From assembly GCA_973851085.1 (NCBI GenBank), contig OZ316776.1:6572001-6636000 (forward strand): a DNA stretch of 64,000 bases, read 5' to 3'. This DNA is from Ptychomitrium polyphyllum (taxonomy: Eukaryota). The translations under genes and the position numbers were made by a program. Under the pieces are notes generated by a model. That model did no database searches and was not told the origin of the DNA. It was given only the letters and a program-made list of their open reading frames with translations. Shown piece by piece: positions 25,801 through 38,540 of the stretch; position 1 is the stretch's first letter; every line of letters begins with the position of its first letter.

Positions 25801-28800
25801 AGCAATACAATGACATAATCATGTGTTTTTGTTTTAATATGTGGATGATTCAACAAATTATTACCAACACAATTAATGTCATGTATATTTTTGAATGTGT
25901 ATATAAGAAACCAAAAAATAAAAAGTATTTTTTGGAACAAACGGACCTATTTCATAAACTCAAAGTAATTAAATTTAAAGCTATTAGTGATTTTTCAAGC
26001 AAGAATAGGACAATGCCGTGGAATGAATAAGCATTGTAGGCTGCATTGGAAAACTACATGAATCATGGAATAATAAGAATCTTAGAAATAGCTAGAATTT
26101 TGCTTCTTTTGGCATTAATGCTAAAAGTGGCTAAGGTTAAGTTCAAAAATACAAATATTTAGAATAAAAGGCCGGATATCATTACACAGTGAGTTTCCAT
26201 GCAAGCTACTAATTGCCAAAAGCAAAAAATAAAATTGCAAGCAATAAATACTTGAAACCATGATTTATTCCACTACATACCTTGGCATGATTAAATTCTA
26301 TACATTATTATGCAATGGAAGTGAATTCAATGTATTTTGTTCCTTCAACAATTAAACCTTCAAGTTGGCAAGTGAAAATAATCTTAGGCAAAATAAAACA
26401 TATTGGTAGAAGATATCTTAATGAGTATTATTTATTACAATAATTGATTAAAGCTTGCATATGCATTGTTATATAATATGGAATGGATCCATTAGCAAAG
26501 TTCCTCCACAATAAAAAAGAAGAAGTTTATTTATATATTATATATATGTGTGTGTAATTAAAGATTGTCAAATTACATGGTTGAAAATAAGCCATCTCCT
26601 TATGGCTATAAACCAAGAAAGCAATTAGAGGACATGAAAAAAAAACGTCTATTTATGGCTCTAGAGTTGTTCTATACCTTTGGTCTTTAAAACCTAAAAA
26701 TTGTACTTGATTGGATGCAATGAAAACATTCATTCTTTAAGTTAGTAAATCCATTCTTAGTTAGCATTATAGTACAAATGATTTGGAAAAAAAAAACAGT
26801 GCTCTCTTTAATTGAAAGTTGGAATGGAAAGCATTTCATTCCAAGATTAGCTCACTAACTTGTGAAAGCATTAAAAATAGTTCTATAATATTAAAGGTTG
26901 TGGAAGAGTTGATAGGCTTGCCATATAAATTTACAAGCCTAAAAACTTGTTTTTACTACACCATTTACAATAAATTCATAGTATTGAATATCATTAGTTT
27001 TAAAGCCTAATATTGTTTGCATGTATCCCTAATGTGAATTTTGTGAGCCACCTTGTACTTACAATTATAGAATAAAATACATGAAATTTGAAAAAAAATA
27101 TTCTCAAAGTAATTTTAGAGAATCAAGTGTTTAAATGGAAATTGTGTATTGCTTCATGCTTTAGAATGCATTAGTCGCTTTGTACACACAACCTTTTTTT
27201 GCCCCCCCTCCCTTCTTCTCTCTAAGTACATCCTTGTGCCCTCAATTAGCACCTACACTTATGTCAAACTGCTTGTATGGCAACTACATGACAAATTAAG
27301 TGAGCAAGGTAAATCATAATTCACCCCATTGCTAGTCAAACCTATATTGACTGTTATTGAATAGACATTAGGCTTATTGGACGTTTTTGCAAACAAACAA
27401 ACTAATAGACAACCTTGATGTCAAATCATCTGTGAACTAAGAGATTATAATTGTGGTGTCAAAATGACATCAAATACAATTTTCTATTTTCATGTCATTT
27501 AATGTTACCTTGATATACTGACATTACAATTACAATTTAAATGATAATAAAATGTCATGGTTAACTTTTGATGTAATTTGATGATATCAAATTAATGTAG
27601 GGTATGATACATATTCATTTTGATGTGATCCAAAAAAAGTTTTCTGACAAGTCACTTACAAGGATTGCTGAGGCCAAATAATTTTAGTGTGGCTTCCATT
27701 GTAAGTTCCAAAAGAAAGCCATACTACATGTACTACGGTGAGACTCTGATGGTATCTGATGCTGAACAAATGGAAATATGGACACTGACTCCTGAAAGTT
27801 CTAATGTCGTCACTCAGTGTTCAATATCCAAATGAAAAACTCATTTTCAAAATTAACTTAGGATTGGGGGATAGATGTTTGATCCCAGTGCTAGTCTGAG
27901 AGCACTGATAAGTTCATGGAGGCATAATGTATGAAGACAAGTCTATCTGAATATAATTGTAGGACTTATTTTGCTCCTGTCTGTTATGGATTAGCTGCAC
28001 ACCAAGATCCAAAAGCAGCAAATCACCAACTCCAAAATATCTGTAAGTACTCTGCCTGTAGTCCTAGACACAACAGACTCAACTGCTATCCATTGAAAAC
28101 ATTGGCTGTGTGACCAACTGCTTCTCAGTGAATGCTATGTGATGGGTGAAGGATGATTCAGAAGAAGTTTGCTGGGTGTTGAAAGAGCTGTTCTTACACC
28201 CACCTGAAGGTGATGCATTCATGTGTAGTAATGGAGATCATTGCTAAAGAAATTCCTGCTTGGACATCATTGGTGCAATCAGAGAGGATAAGTCCCAACA
28301 ATATCATATAGACAGCATATTTTCAAGAAATTTGGTCAAGCACACCTTAGTACTTTCACCTGTATATTTTACTAAAATTGAAGGTCCATTAAGTCCTGTA
28401 TTCCCAAAGTTCCAATTAAATTTGAGGCATATTCAAGTGAAAGAATCAAGGTATGTTTGACAAGACAAAGCCCTACATATTTGCTGCTTATAGCTGCAGT
28501 TATTCTCTGAACATATATATAGTTTACTTTGGAAAATTGTGCATCATGTAATTTATCATAGTCAGTTGCAATGTTGCAGACCAGACTAGACCCAACCATA
28601 GTGTAAAATCCATGTTAAAATGTAACCTGCAACTTTAAAACAAACTTAGAGTATAGCACGGTCCAGTTTTCGATGTCCTTTGCCACTGCATTTACAACAC
28701 GCCTAGGGTGGTAAACAGCATTCCCTTTGTGTTGAGAGCACCAGGCCATGTTTATCTGGCTGGAAGGAAGATAGGGAGGACTTGGGAATATACATCACAC

Positions 28801-29309
28801 TACCTGGACACCGTAAGCCAAGTCAATGCGTTTATCACAGCAAGTATATAAAATGTGTGAAAGGGTAGCGTGGCCCATGGGCCTTAACTGTGTTTCCTCT
28901 GACATCTGACAATGCACAGTTCAATAAAGATACTGATGCAGCCAAGATGGACGACCCTAATTTTCCAAACTCGTTCTCTATGTTGATTTGGTCTAGAAGC
29001 ACGTAATTTATGGGGCTCGACCGAAGTGGAGGTTCATAACTGTTCCTAGATACTGTCACGATTCATGAGGTTCCTTTACAGAACTAGTTAAATCGGATCT
29101 AGAAGTACTCTAACTCAAAACCTACCATTTTAAGAATTCAACCGTGGCGATATGTGGATAACTGGGACCTGGAAATGTAAGCCCATGCCAGACTGGAAGA
29201 CCTTGACTGTAAATGTAAAACGCAGATTACATCATCCTGGTCCACGTTTGCCAGCCTGAGGGTGACGGGGCAGCCAGCGAGCACCGTTTCTTTCAAAGCA
29301 GACAAATTA

Positions 29310-29340
29310 GTTAATTTAAATTTAAATTTAAATTTAAATA
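29310..29340. repeat. (TTTAAA)n self-complementary AT microsatellite
   Basis: ttaatttaaatttaaatttaaatttaaata. Confidence 0.7.
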
Positions 29341-32300
29341 AGTAATTTTAATATGCTTATTTCATGGGAAGGTTTTTGACTAGAAAAAAATTATCTCTCG
29401 ATGAGGTAGGTAATTGACTGTGGTTGGTTAACAGTAGAATGAAGTATCAATTTTGTTTCCAAAAGTTTCTGTAAATTAAAAAATCATTCATTCAACTTGG
29501 ATGAAGGTATTTGAATGTACTGTACACACATGTTCGTCATCCCTTGGGGATCAACATATGAGAATCAAAAATCTAAACCCCACTTAGATAGTTCCACAAG
29601 GAAAGACAAAAATGCATGTATACTAGGGCATACTCTCGAATGCTTCATTTCACATTTTTTACATTTATCCCACATTTTTATTTATGACATTCCTTCACCT
29701 CTTTTCTTGGATATTGTTAATTCCCAATCAAGCCAAACTTCAATAGGGTGAAAGATTGTGTAGAATTATAATATTTTTTAGCATAGGGTGAAAGGTTCAG
29801 TTAATTTTCATCCATCACCTAGGCCACATGTAGGAAACCATCTAGGAGCATATGGACATAGTTGGTTTATTTGCACATAGACAGAGGGTGTCCAAGGAAA
29901 AATTTGACAATTAGTCAAAGTTCCAATGAGGAAAATGACTGAACTGCTAGACTGACAGTAGTCTAGCCCTACTACCCCACACCAGTGGAGAGATTGAGTT
30001 CAGTCAGGAAAATTCTAGCTCTGTGAAGATCAGTCAATTAACTCTCCAGTTAAATGACTTCTATTTTAAATCAGCCTCAATTCTTGTAAAGTCCAGTTAC
30101 CCTAGTTCTTCTACGTGGCAGAGATGAAGGTATCAAGGCTGAGCTCTTATGCAGGATGGCAGGTCTAACTCCTTGTGAACTTCACATTGCAAGTAAGAGG
30201 GGTTCATCAATCAGAAAATGCAGAAGGGTAAGCTGTAGACCAATGGCTCTCCCTAATTCACAGCATTCCAAATAGTTCATAGATCATCACCATTTAACTT
30301 TTGTATCCTATGTCATAGAATACAAGTCATGGCACATGGCTCCTCCATGAACATACAGGTCTGGGTTAAGCTCAAGCTGCTAGACTATTGATTTGGTGCC
30401 CACACATTCTGAACACATAGCATGATCCTTCATACCATATTGCAAAACCAATCTAGGTCCTTATCACTTTTAGAACTGTGTATCTTGTATAATATTGTAT
30501 GAACATTTGAGATAATATCCCAAAAAATCACATGGTTCTGTTAGTTTGGTTTACGACCAGACCTGGCCAAGGCTGACTTGTGTTTTGTTTATCTAGGTTA
30601 AACAGTAGTGGAAACCCTTCATTTGGGTAAATTTAAAATGTGTAGTTCTATGATTTATCAAGTTGTGATACAAATTGTTCACTGTTTATTCTTCAAGCTG
30701 AGAATACAAGTCATGAGTTCCTACTACAGTACTCAATGCTAGTGAACTCTAACTCAACATTTCTTGAAGGTGTTTACAGAGTTTGCACTACTTTAAAAGA
30801 AATCATAAATAATAACAAAATATGAATACTGACACAAATGGAGTATAAGTTGCACATTTTCTACCAAACCAGTCATAGTTTCAAAGTGATGATTTCTCTC
30901 ACCCACAGTAAAATCATGCAAACTATGTACCACAGAAGCTGTTCATTATTAGACAACAACACCCTTGTTCAGGTCAAGTGCCACTGTTGTTATGGTTCAT
31001 GTAGGATGTTACTGCTCCATGAGCTCTTAATCTAGGGGCTCTGAAAACCATCACAAGAATACTGCAAGACTTCACAGGCTGAGATTATATTTAGGTTGGA
31101 GTACCCTTTGCCAACAATTTATTCACTACATGGATGTGTTATTGGATTCAAGTCAACTAATTTTATTTTTTTTCCATTAACAAATTACATAGTGATGAAG
31201 GCCACAATAATTACAACTCTGAAGTTACATTTTATTTCATAAAAATTATTGAAGTGAACGTGTGCATACTTCCTTTATGAATAATAGCATGACCCATTTT
31301 CATAAGTTACTTAATCCTTGATATTTTTCAACTTCATCTATTTCCAACTATATCATTATTTTTACAAAGTGACAATTTAATACTATTTTTAGTTCAAATA
31401 GTAAATTTTCAAAGTGGAAATGTTTTCAAACATAGTTGAAATTGGATCGACTTCTAAATGGAATCAGGTTCTTATTTAATTGAGAATAAATAAAATATAA
31501 GTGAGTGCCATGAAATTAAAATATAGATGAATGTTGCTTCCTTATGTATAGATGGTGTAAAGGATGGTCATAACACATATCCAAGGTGGAACAGCCATTG
31601 CCACTGCAATAACAAATGATTTATTTTGCAAATATTTTATAAATTCTCAATAATTTTCGGTGGATACAAAATGAGGTTTAAGGTCCAATGCATTAAAAAG
31701 GATTATTTATTTTTCATCAAATTTGAGTGAGTTATATGTTTTCAAAGGGCATTTTTGCAAGAGGCCAAAAAACAACTAGTAGATTAGCCCATTAATTATC
31801 CAAATAACAACAAGTAACCACCATTTAATGATTGTACAATTTGTTTCAGTCCATTTAAAAACCACAATATAAAAAGCTTTGAACTCTATTAAGTATGTTC
31901 TAAAAGAAACAACTTTATAAGTAAATTTTGCCCATGTTTGTCCATGCTTCCATTTCTAATACGTTGATATTCTACAACTAGAATTACTTGCAAGTGTTGG
32001 GCTTAGATAATATCACATATACCAAATTAAATTGCATAACAATATGTGAGGTTGATAGGAAGTAGATATTAAGATTGTTTTTTGAAATTGTCTTATTATC
32101 AAGAAATACCTCAATTTTTTTGATATTATGTTTTAGAAAACATGTAATGCATTTCTAAGTAAATACAACAAATGGATTTTTTCAAAAATAATATAGAATG
32201 AAATTATTCTTTAATCTATTGCACCTTCTATTTTTGCTTTAACCTCTTATTAATGAGTTTTTTTGATGATCAAATAAAATATAGATTATTATTCTAAATC

Positions 32301-32935
32301 AATTGCACACCTATGAATTAATCAAGTATTAAAGGTACATAAATGAAACAATGCACCTTATGTTTCATCTTAAGTTTCAAATGAATCTATGGAATACATT
32401 TCACCATTACAAAGTTTAAGACATTGGAAACAAGGTGATATTCACCTTTAAGTTTAGTTGATGGATTTACCATACTTTAATTTTGTGACACATCTACTTA
32501 CAACGATTTATAGGAGGATGACGGGTTATGACAACTTTAATGGAACACTATAAGGTTGAGCAACCAAAAACCAATGATGCTCCAAAAACCATTTTATGAA
32601 CTTTCTCAAACCAACATATAGACCACATCTCTAATTCTCGTCCAAAGAAATATATCACTTCCTTATACTACTTAAGTTACTAGTAGAAGGAAGTTGAACT
32701 ATTTACCTGTCCCCTCAGATCCGCCTCCACACCGGTGACCACCATGGCCGTAACAGAGAAGGGGCCGGACCCCACGGCCCACGGCTGCTGATATGGGCCC
32801 CCTTAGGTTCCCCTAGGTTCCCGAGATGCGCTGCCCTGCAACGTCCGTGCCCGTGTGGCGCTCCCACAGCGCATCAGCGTTGCAGCGTTTCAGCAGCATC
32901 ATCACCACCACCAGATTCACAACCTAACTCAACTC

Positions 32936-33244
32936 CACTCCATTCCATTCCATTCCATTGCTCTCTCAAACCTCTCACTCTGGGACACCTCCGGTTGAGA
33001 ACTCACTGTCACCTTGGGGCATTGGGGCCGAAAACAAACTCTCACCTTGAAGCCAGGGAGGGAATCATCACCACCCACCCACCAACCCACCCACCCTCTG
33101 CTCATCGTTTCCATTTGGCACCCTTCGGTCGCCCTTTGGGCTAACTTCTCATTTGGGTGACTGAGAGCTTGTATTAGGAGATCCTGTGACACCTAGTACT
33201 AATCTAGTCGGAGCCAAGGTGTTGCCTTGCCTTGCCTTGCCTGG
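32936..33244. repeat. Pentanucleotide microsatellites (CCATT)n near 32940-32959 and (GCCTT)n near 33222-33244 in the GC-rich HPt upstream region
   Basis: ccattccattccattccatt and ttgccttgccttgccttgcct read directly. Confidence 0.7.
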
Positions 33245-33568
33245 CCTTAGGGGTATATATTTTTTTGTTTTTTTTTCCCCCAGAGTGAGGGAGTGAGTCT
33301 CTGCCGCGCTTCAGCGTGGTATGAGCAGTTGGCTGGAGCACTGGAGGGGTGTCAGTGGAGGCGGAGCTCAAAGGTTGAGCTTTTCGAGTTGGGTTTTTGG
33401 TTTTGGCTCTGTGAGTTGGGGTGGGGGCTGGGCAAGGGGGCAAGGCTGGCGGGGTTAGCGAGAGTGGGGGTGGGTGGTGGTGGTAACCGCCAGAGCCACC
33501 ACGTTGCGGCTTCATGTTGCGCTGGGGGGGCCGGGTGTGAGAGGAAGCAGCAGCAGCAGCATCCTGTG

Positions 33569-35389
33569 ATGGTGATGGCGGAGGCACCGAAGGCGGTGCA
33601 GGCCAAGGGGGTGCCGCCGCCAGGGGAGAGTGCAGTGCTGGCTGTGGAGAACGTGAAAGAATCGGAGCCCGAGCCAGAGGCAGAGGAAGAGCAGGGGGAG
33701 TACGATGTGGAGGAGCTTTTAGCTCAGCATCAATATTTGGTTGATAGCATGCTGGCCGAGGTAATGCTTGGGAGTCGGTTTGAATATGTGACGTTTGTAG
33801 GTTTTGGACTTTGGATGTGGTTTTCATGGGTGATGGTTTAGGGTTGGTGCGATCGGCGTAGGGGTATCGATTGGGGATGCATTGAGTTTGTGACGTGGTT
33901 TCGGGGCGAGGGGTTGATGGAGCCGTCTTTTTGTGTTTGGCAGGGGATTCTAGACGATCAGTTCAGTCAGCTCCAGATGTTGCAAGACGAGAGCACTCCG
34001 GACTTTGTGGAGGAGGTGGTGACTTTGTTTTTTGAAGACTCTATGAAGCTTTTGGAAAACCTCACTGAGTCACTGTATGTATTCTCAACCTAGATCTGTT
34101 CCTTTCCTCTTCCGAATGTGTTGATGAATAGAGGAGCGCCGATTGTACTTTGCTATTCTGATTGTCACGTCCGTTTTTGGGTAGATGACTGAACATTTAT
34201 CTTTATTATTTCATATGCTTCACGGATCAAGTTAGGGCTCTATTTGAATCCATAAACCGAAGGATTAGATATGGATTTGAGGATATCGGTTGAAGCCTTC
34301 ATGATTGGAATTCCAGGAAAGCAGATCCTATAGATTACAAGATTGTGGACGGCCACGTTCATCAATTTAAAGGAAGCAGCTCCAGGTATGGGTTGGTTGC
34401 ATGAATTCCTGGGTTGCAGTATGTTAGCAGTAATGTTAATACGATAAGCTTTCCCTGCATTGAACATGGACCCTTGACCTCATTGAATAGTGTGACGTCA
34501 TTTGAAATCAGAATCAGGAGGGTGTCTTATGTCATTTGAAGTTCCTACAGAATCATGTCATTGAACTTTTGTGTAGTTTTTGTCCCTGATATGTCTTCTC
34601 AGCATTTAGGTGCCTTTATTATGAGGAGCACTTCCTTCTTCGTTACTGCTTAGGTCTTATGTTTAGAGCAAGGATTTGTCTTCGGCATTTGGTGTAAGGA
34701 TGCACTTATTGATTTCTGGTTTTTTTTCAATTCCTGCGGAAGCTTATATTATCCACTTTTTGGATGCATCTCAAGTCATATATCTTTAGGCATCAGAGCG
34801 CTAAGTCTTGCTCAATTGGTAGCCAGTCTATTGATGTGAATGCAACTTGGCTCATTTCAGCATTGGTGCGCAACGAATAAAGAAAGTGTGCTTAACGTTT
34901 CGACCTTGTTGTGATAAGGAAGATAAGCAAGGGTGAGTGTCCAAATTAGAATTGTTGTGATCTTCCATCAATTGTCATATGTGATTTGTAACCTTGTCAA
35001 CGCTTTTATTTTCAATCCCTACTGTATGCTTCTAGGAAAGCAAGAAGTGATATCACAAATAATTGCATCAACTAAAAATGATTTTCGACGTTGTTGCAGG
35101 TGTCTTGATCACCTAGTAAAGGTGAAAGAAGAGTTCAACATTGTTCGATCTAAACTTGGAAAAATGCTTGAGGTACTTGCCAAGACCAGAGAACGTTGGT
35201 CATAAAGTCACTGTTTCGTTAGTCCGTATAGACATTGAATACTTTATCATATACAGATCTTTTGAGTTACTAAAAATGAATTGCAATGCATTATATTTGT
35301 GTTTTACTCACGTGTTGATACTTTTGTGGGTGCAGCTGGAGAAACAAATTATAGCTCTTGGAGGCGTTCTTCCTTTCATGGAATGCTGA
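33569..35389 (+). CDS. HPT: Histidine-containing phosphotransfer protein (HPt/AHP, two-component/cytokinin phosphorelay); exons 33569-33760, 33944-34074, 34317-34385, 34861-34932, 35100-35172, 35336-35389; 196 aa
   Basis: Six exons with GT-AG introns give 591 nt in frame. Motifs [33 protein letters not shown] and the phospho-His motif [17 protein letters not shown]-terminal [10 protein letters not shown]. The first in-frame ATG is taken as the start. Confidence 0.95.
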
Positions 35390-37106
35390 GACAGCTTCAA
35401 ATTCTGGCTTAGTTCTCGTGTGTAACGCCAACAAAAAGGGCAGCACCGCTTTAGAGACATGTGTGTCTAGATTTTCCCTGTACTTCGTAAGTGAAGTAGT
35501 TAGATGGTCAGGCTGAGTTGAATGGTTTTGCAGAACTGAATGGCTTTTTGGCTCTGCTGCTACTGGACCGTCTTGACTGATGAGCATTTGATTCATGTGT
35601 ATTAGAAGTAATAGATCACTTGGAATCGCCAGACAACAAGCTTGCTTTGAAAGGTTTTCTGCTCAAGTTACTCTGTTTATTTAGCCTATAGTTGTCCTCA
35701 CTTCGTCTTCTTGGATAGAATCCCCGCCATAGTTACCATTTTCTTGACGTACTGGAGAAGCTGCGTTTGACTCTTTTCAAAACCGTTCAGATAGCTCCCG
35801 TAAACCTCTATCTTTATTCTCAATGCCTCAGTGTTCACCTGCCACAATAGGGGATTGTTTCTGGAATGATCCCCAACTGTGTTTGTTGTTTTTGTATAGA
35901 TGAAAGGTCACGGGTGCCACGGTTTTCTTTCAGTATGTTTTTAACCTTTGAATACAATTATTCATTGTCACTTTCTAGTATGTGTGTATGGTGTTTTTTG
36001 TAACCTTATTATTATGGTTATATAATCATATTGATTGACATGGTTACAAATATAGGACCAACTTTGTGTCAATAATGAACTTTGAACAAGGGAGCGGGTG
36101 GATCAAACATTTATGTAAAACCCTAAACCCTCAAATTTGGACTATTTGAAATGGTATGTGCAAAGATCTTATATATGTTCTGTGAATTTAATACCATGTA
36201 AACTTGTCTAGGGCTAGGGAGAATGAACGAAACCTTAAATACCTTCAAATTGTATGAAGTTTTTAGATGAAAATCATCAATATTGAATTTGAATGAGAAA
36301 GAGACATTGAAATTAGTATTTTATTTAAAATCAAAGAATCTAAGCTATTATTAAACCCATGAGTTTTTGTCTATTTATGTTAAATTCTTTAATATAGTTT
36401 TCTATTCTGAAGCATTAATACTTGGTATATCTAATCATTTAATAAATACAAATGTAAGATAACAAGTAGTTTTTATACCATGAAGTAATGTGAAAAATTG
36501 ACCAATTAGTCAATTGAAAGAAAATTTAACATATTTGGATTTATTTTGGTATTATCTATAAACAAAAAAGATTCTTTTTAAAAATGATGAATTAAAAGAG
36601 ATAGAAACAATGCTAAGTAATTAAGAAAATCCTTAGATGTTTAGGAATTAAGAAAAATATCATGGATTTGAAGATATTATTCCACTACTATAAAACACTC
36701 TTGCCACAAACTTCTTATAATTTTGTTGGAATATCATACAATGGTAGCTTTGGATGGTCTTCCATACAAAGTAACAACTCTAACAACATTCATCCTTTAA
36801 TAGTGTATTCATAAGAATGTCATATTTGTATGTGACATTTTTTTCTTGATTATAATGAATGATCTATAAATATACTCTTAGATCTTTCTATAGAAAATGC
36901 TGTTCAAGTTGACCTTATTGGTACTTATGGAAACATCATTCAAAACATTTTTATATGCCATATGATATTATCACAATTATTATAAAATTTATTGTATCCA
37001 TCTTGACGCACTATAAACAATACAAGGAGCACTTACAATTTAGGTCATTAAGGAGCAACAAGCTACACTATCCCATCCTTACTTTGTGATCTTATCCTTC
37101 ATCCAA

Positions 37107-38540
37107 CTAGTTCCTTAATCTTCCTTCATTAATCTTTCTTTCAATCAAGCCCACTAATTCCTTAAATGTTGGCCTCTTTGTATCATTGCCATGCCAACAT
37201 CTACCCAACAACGTCTTCATCCGTTGCAAGGTTTGACTTGGCAAAGTGGGTCTATAACTATCAATTACTCTATCATATCATATTCAGTTGGTTTCAACGC
37301 TTCCAGTTCAAACGGAATGCGACCTGTTAAAATTTCATCTCAGGTCATCCCGTAGCTGTAGACATCTGAAGCTTCGCTGAACAACTCTGGTGCAACATTC
37401 TGATTCTTCACAGCAAGCAATATCTCTGGCGCCCTCCAAAATCCTGTTTCCACTACCCCAACTGAACACTCATAGTCCGCTACGTTGCACCTGAAACTTT
37501 CATACGCACACTCATACAGTGGATCGAAGTCTCTAAAAGCCCCTACGAGCACGTTTGCAGCTTTCAAATCCCGGTGAGGTATATCGTTTAAGTGCAAGCT
37601 TTCCATCCCATCCGCAATCTCCAGCATGCAGTTCAGAGTTCTCCAGAGTGAAAAGGGCGGGCCATGCATGTAGTTGTGGACCATTCTGACATCAATCAGC
37701 TTCCGCAGCTCTCCCCACCTTCTGTCTATGCAAAGGGCAAATCTTCCGTTGATCAACATCGCACCAAGTACTGAATTACAGTGACTTCCACCAGAAAAAA
37801 ACCCCAAAACACGGGTAAGAGGATCTGCAAGCATGCCCGGGGCATAAGGCGTTGCAGGTCTTGCAGGCTTAGTCCCTCCTTGAACACCTTTAACGCCGTT
37901 CCAGGAATGGCAGCGGGCGAAATGACCGGGTATCACTGCCGAACTTCAAATATTTCCGCCTGACTTCCTTCCGCAATCTTCGAGCCCACCTCCCAGACCT
38001 GGTCGTTCCAATCTTTGAAGAACCTACCAATTTCACAATGCAACTGTTTCTGGAGACTCCTGAACACGCTCAGGTTCTCAGCTGCTAGTGCCTCCCCCAC
38101 CGTGCCACTAGTTGGTGACAACTCGCTCCAGGTCACTCTTGAAGCTTCCACCTCGGAATCCAGCTTGTCCATCCCCGAATTGCTGTCTCGCTGCTCTATC
38201 AGAGCTGCAATCCGTGAAACGTAGAACTCTGAATCTATCCAAGCAATCGATTGTTGTGAGCGGGAATCTGACGACTGTGAGCGAAATCATCCGCGAACTT
38301 CGAAGAACGAAGCCATCCATGTTTCATGCTGGAACGAGCTCAACTGGGACGGAAGCAGGGTTGCAGCAGGACAGGTTGTCACAACGGACTCTGCAGAGTG
38401 GCACCTCTCAGAGCAGACTAGATCCTCCGTGGAACCTAGACATCTAACATCCTCCGTTAATGGAACCGGCAGTGTTCGAACCGATCGGCACGACCAGCGT
38501 AAGCGCCCCTCCTGAGACTGGCTCGTTGTTCGACAACGCC
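37107..38540 (-). pseudogene. Protein kinase pseudogene (TKL-like, DYE in place of DFG); kinase domain without introns
   Basis: Subdomains in order: KIAEGSQAEIFEV, ALKVFK, HRDLKAANVLV, VADYECS, GFWRAPEIL, DVYSYGMT*DEILTGRIPF, RCWH...RPTF. Premature TGA at 38289-38287, 37935-37933 and 37342-37340; frameshift near 37838 and a 5-bp duplication near 37271-37283. The 5' boundary is approximate. Confidence 0.88.

Noticed and set aside
24144..27100. AT-rich ORFs as transposon remnants
   Set aside because: Probably old TE-derived DNA, but I recognised no RT, integrase, transposase or helicase motif.
33204..33827. 207-aa Pro-rich minus-strand ORF, and similar antisense ORFs over the ARM and bZIP exons
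   Set aside because: Shadows of GC-rich coding or leader sequence on the opposite strand.
36118..36131. AAACCCTAAACCCT telomere-like motif
   Set aside because: Only two units; at most an isolated telo-box with no linked gene start.
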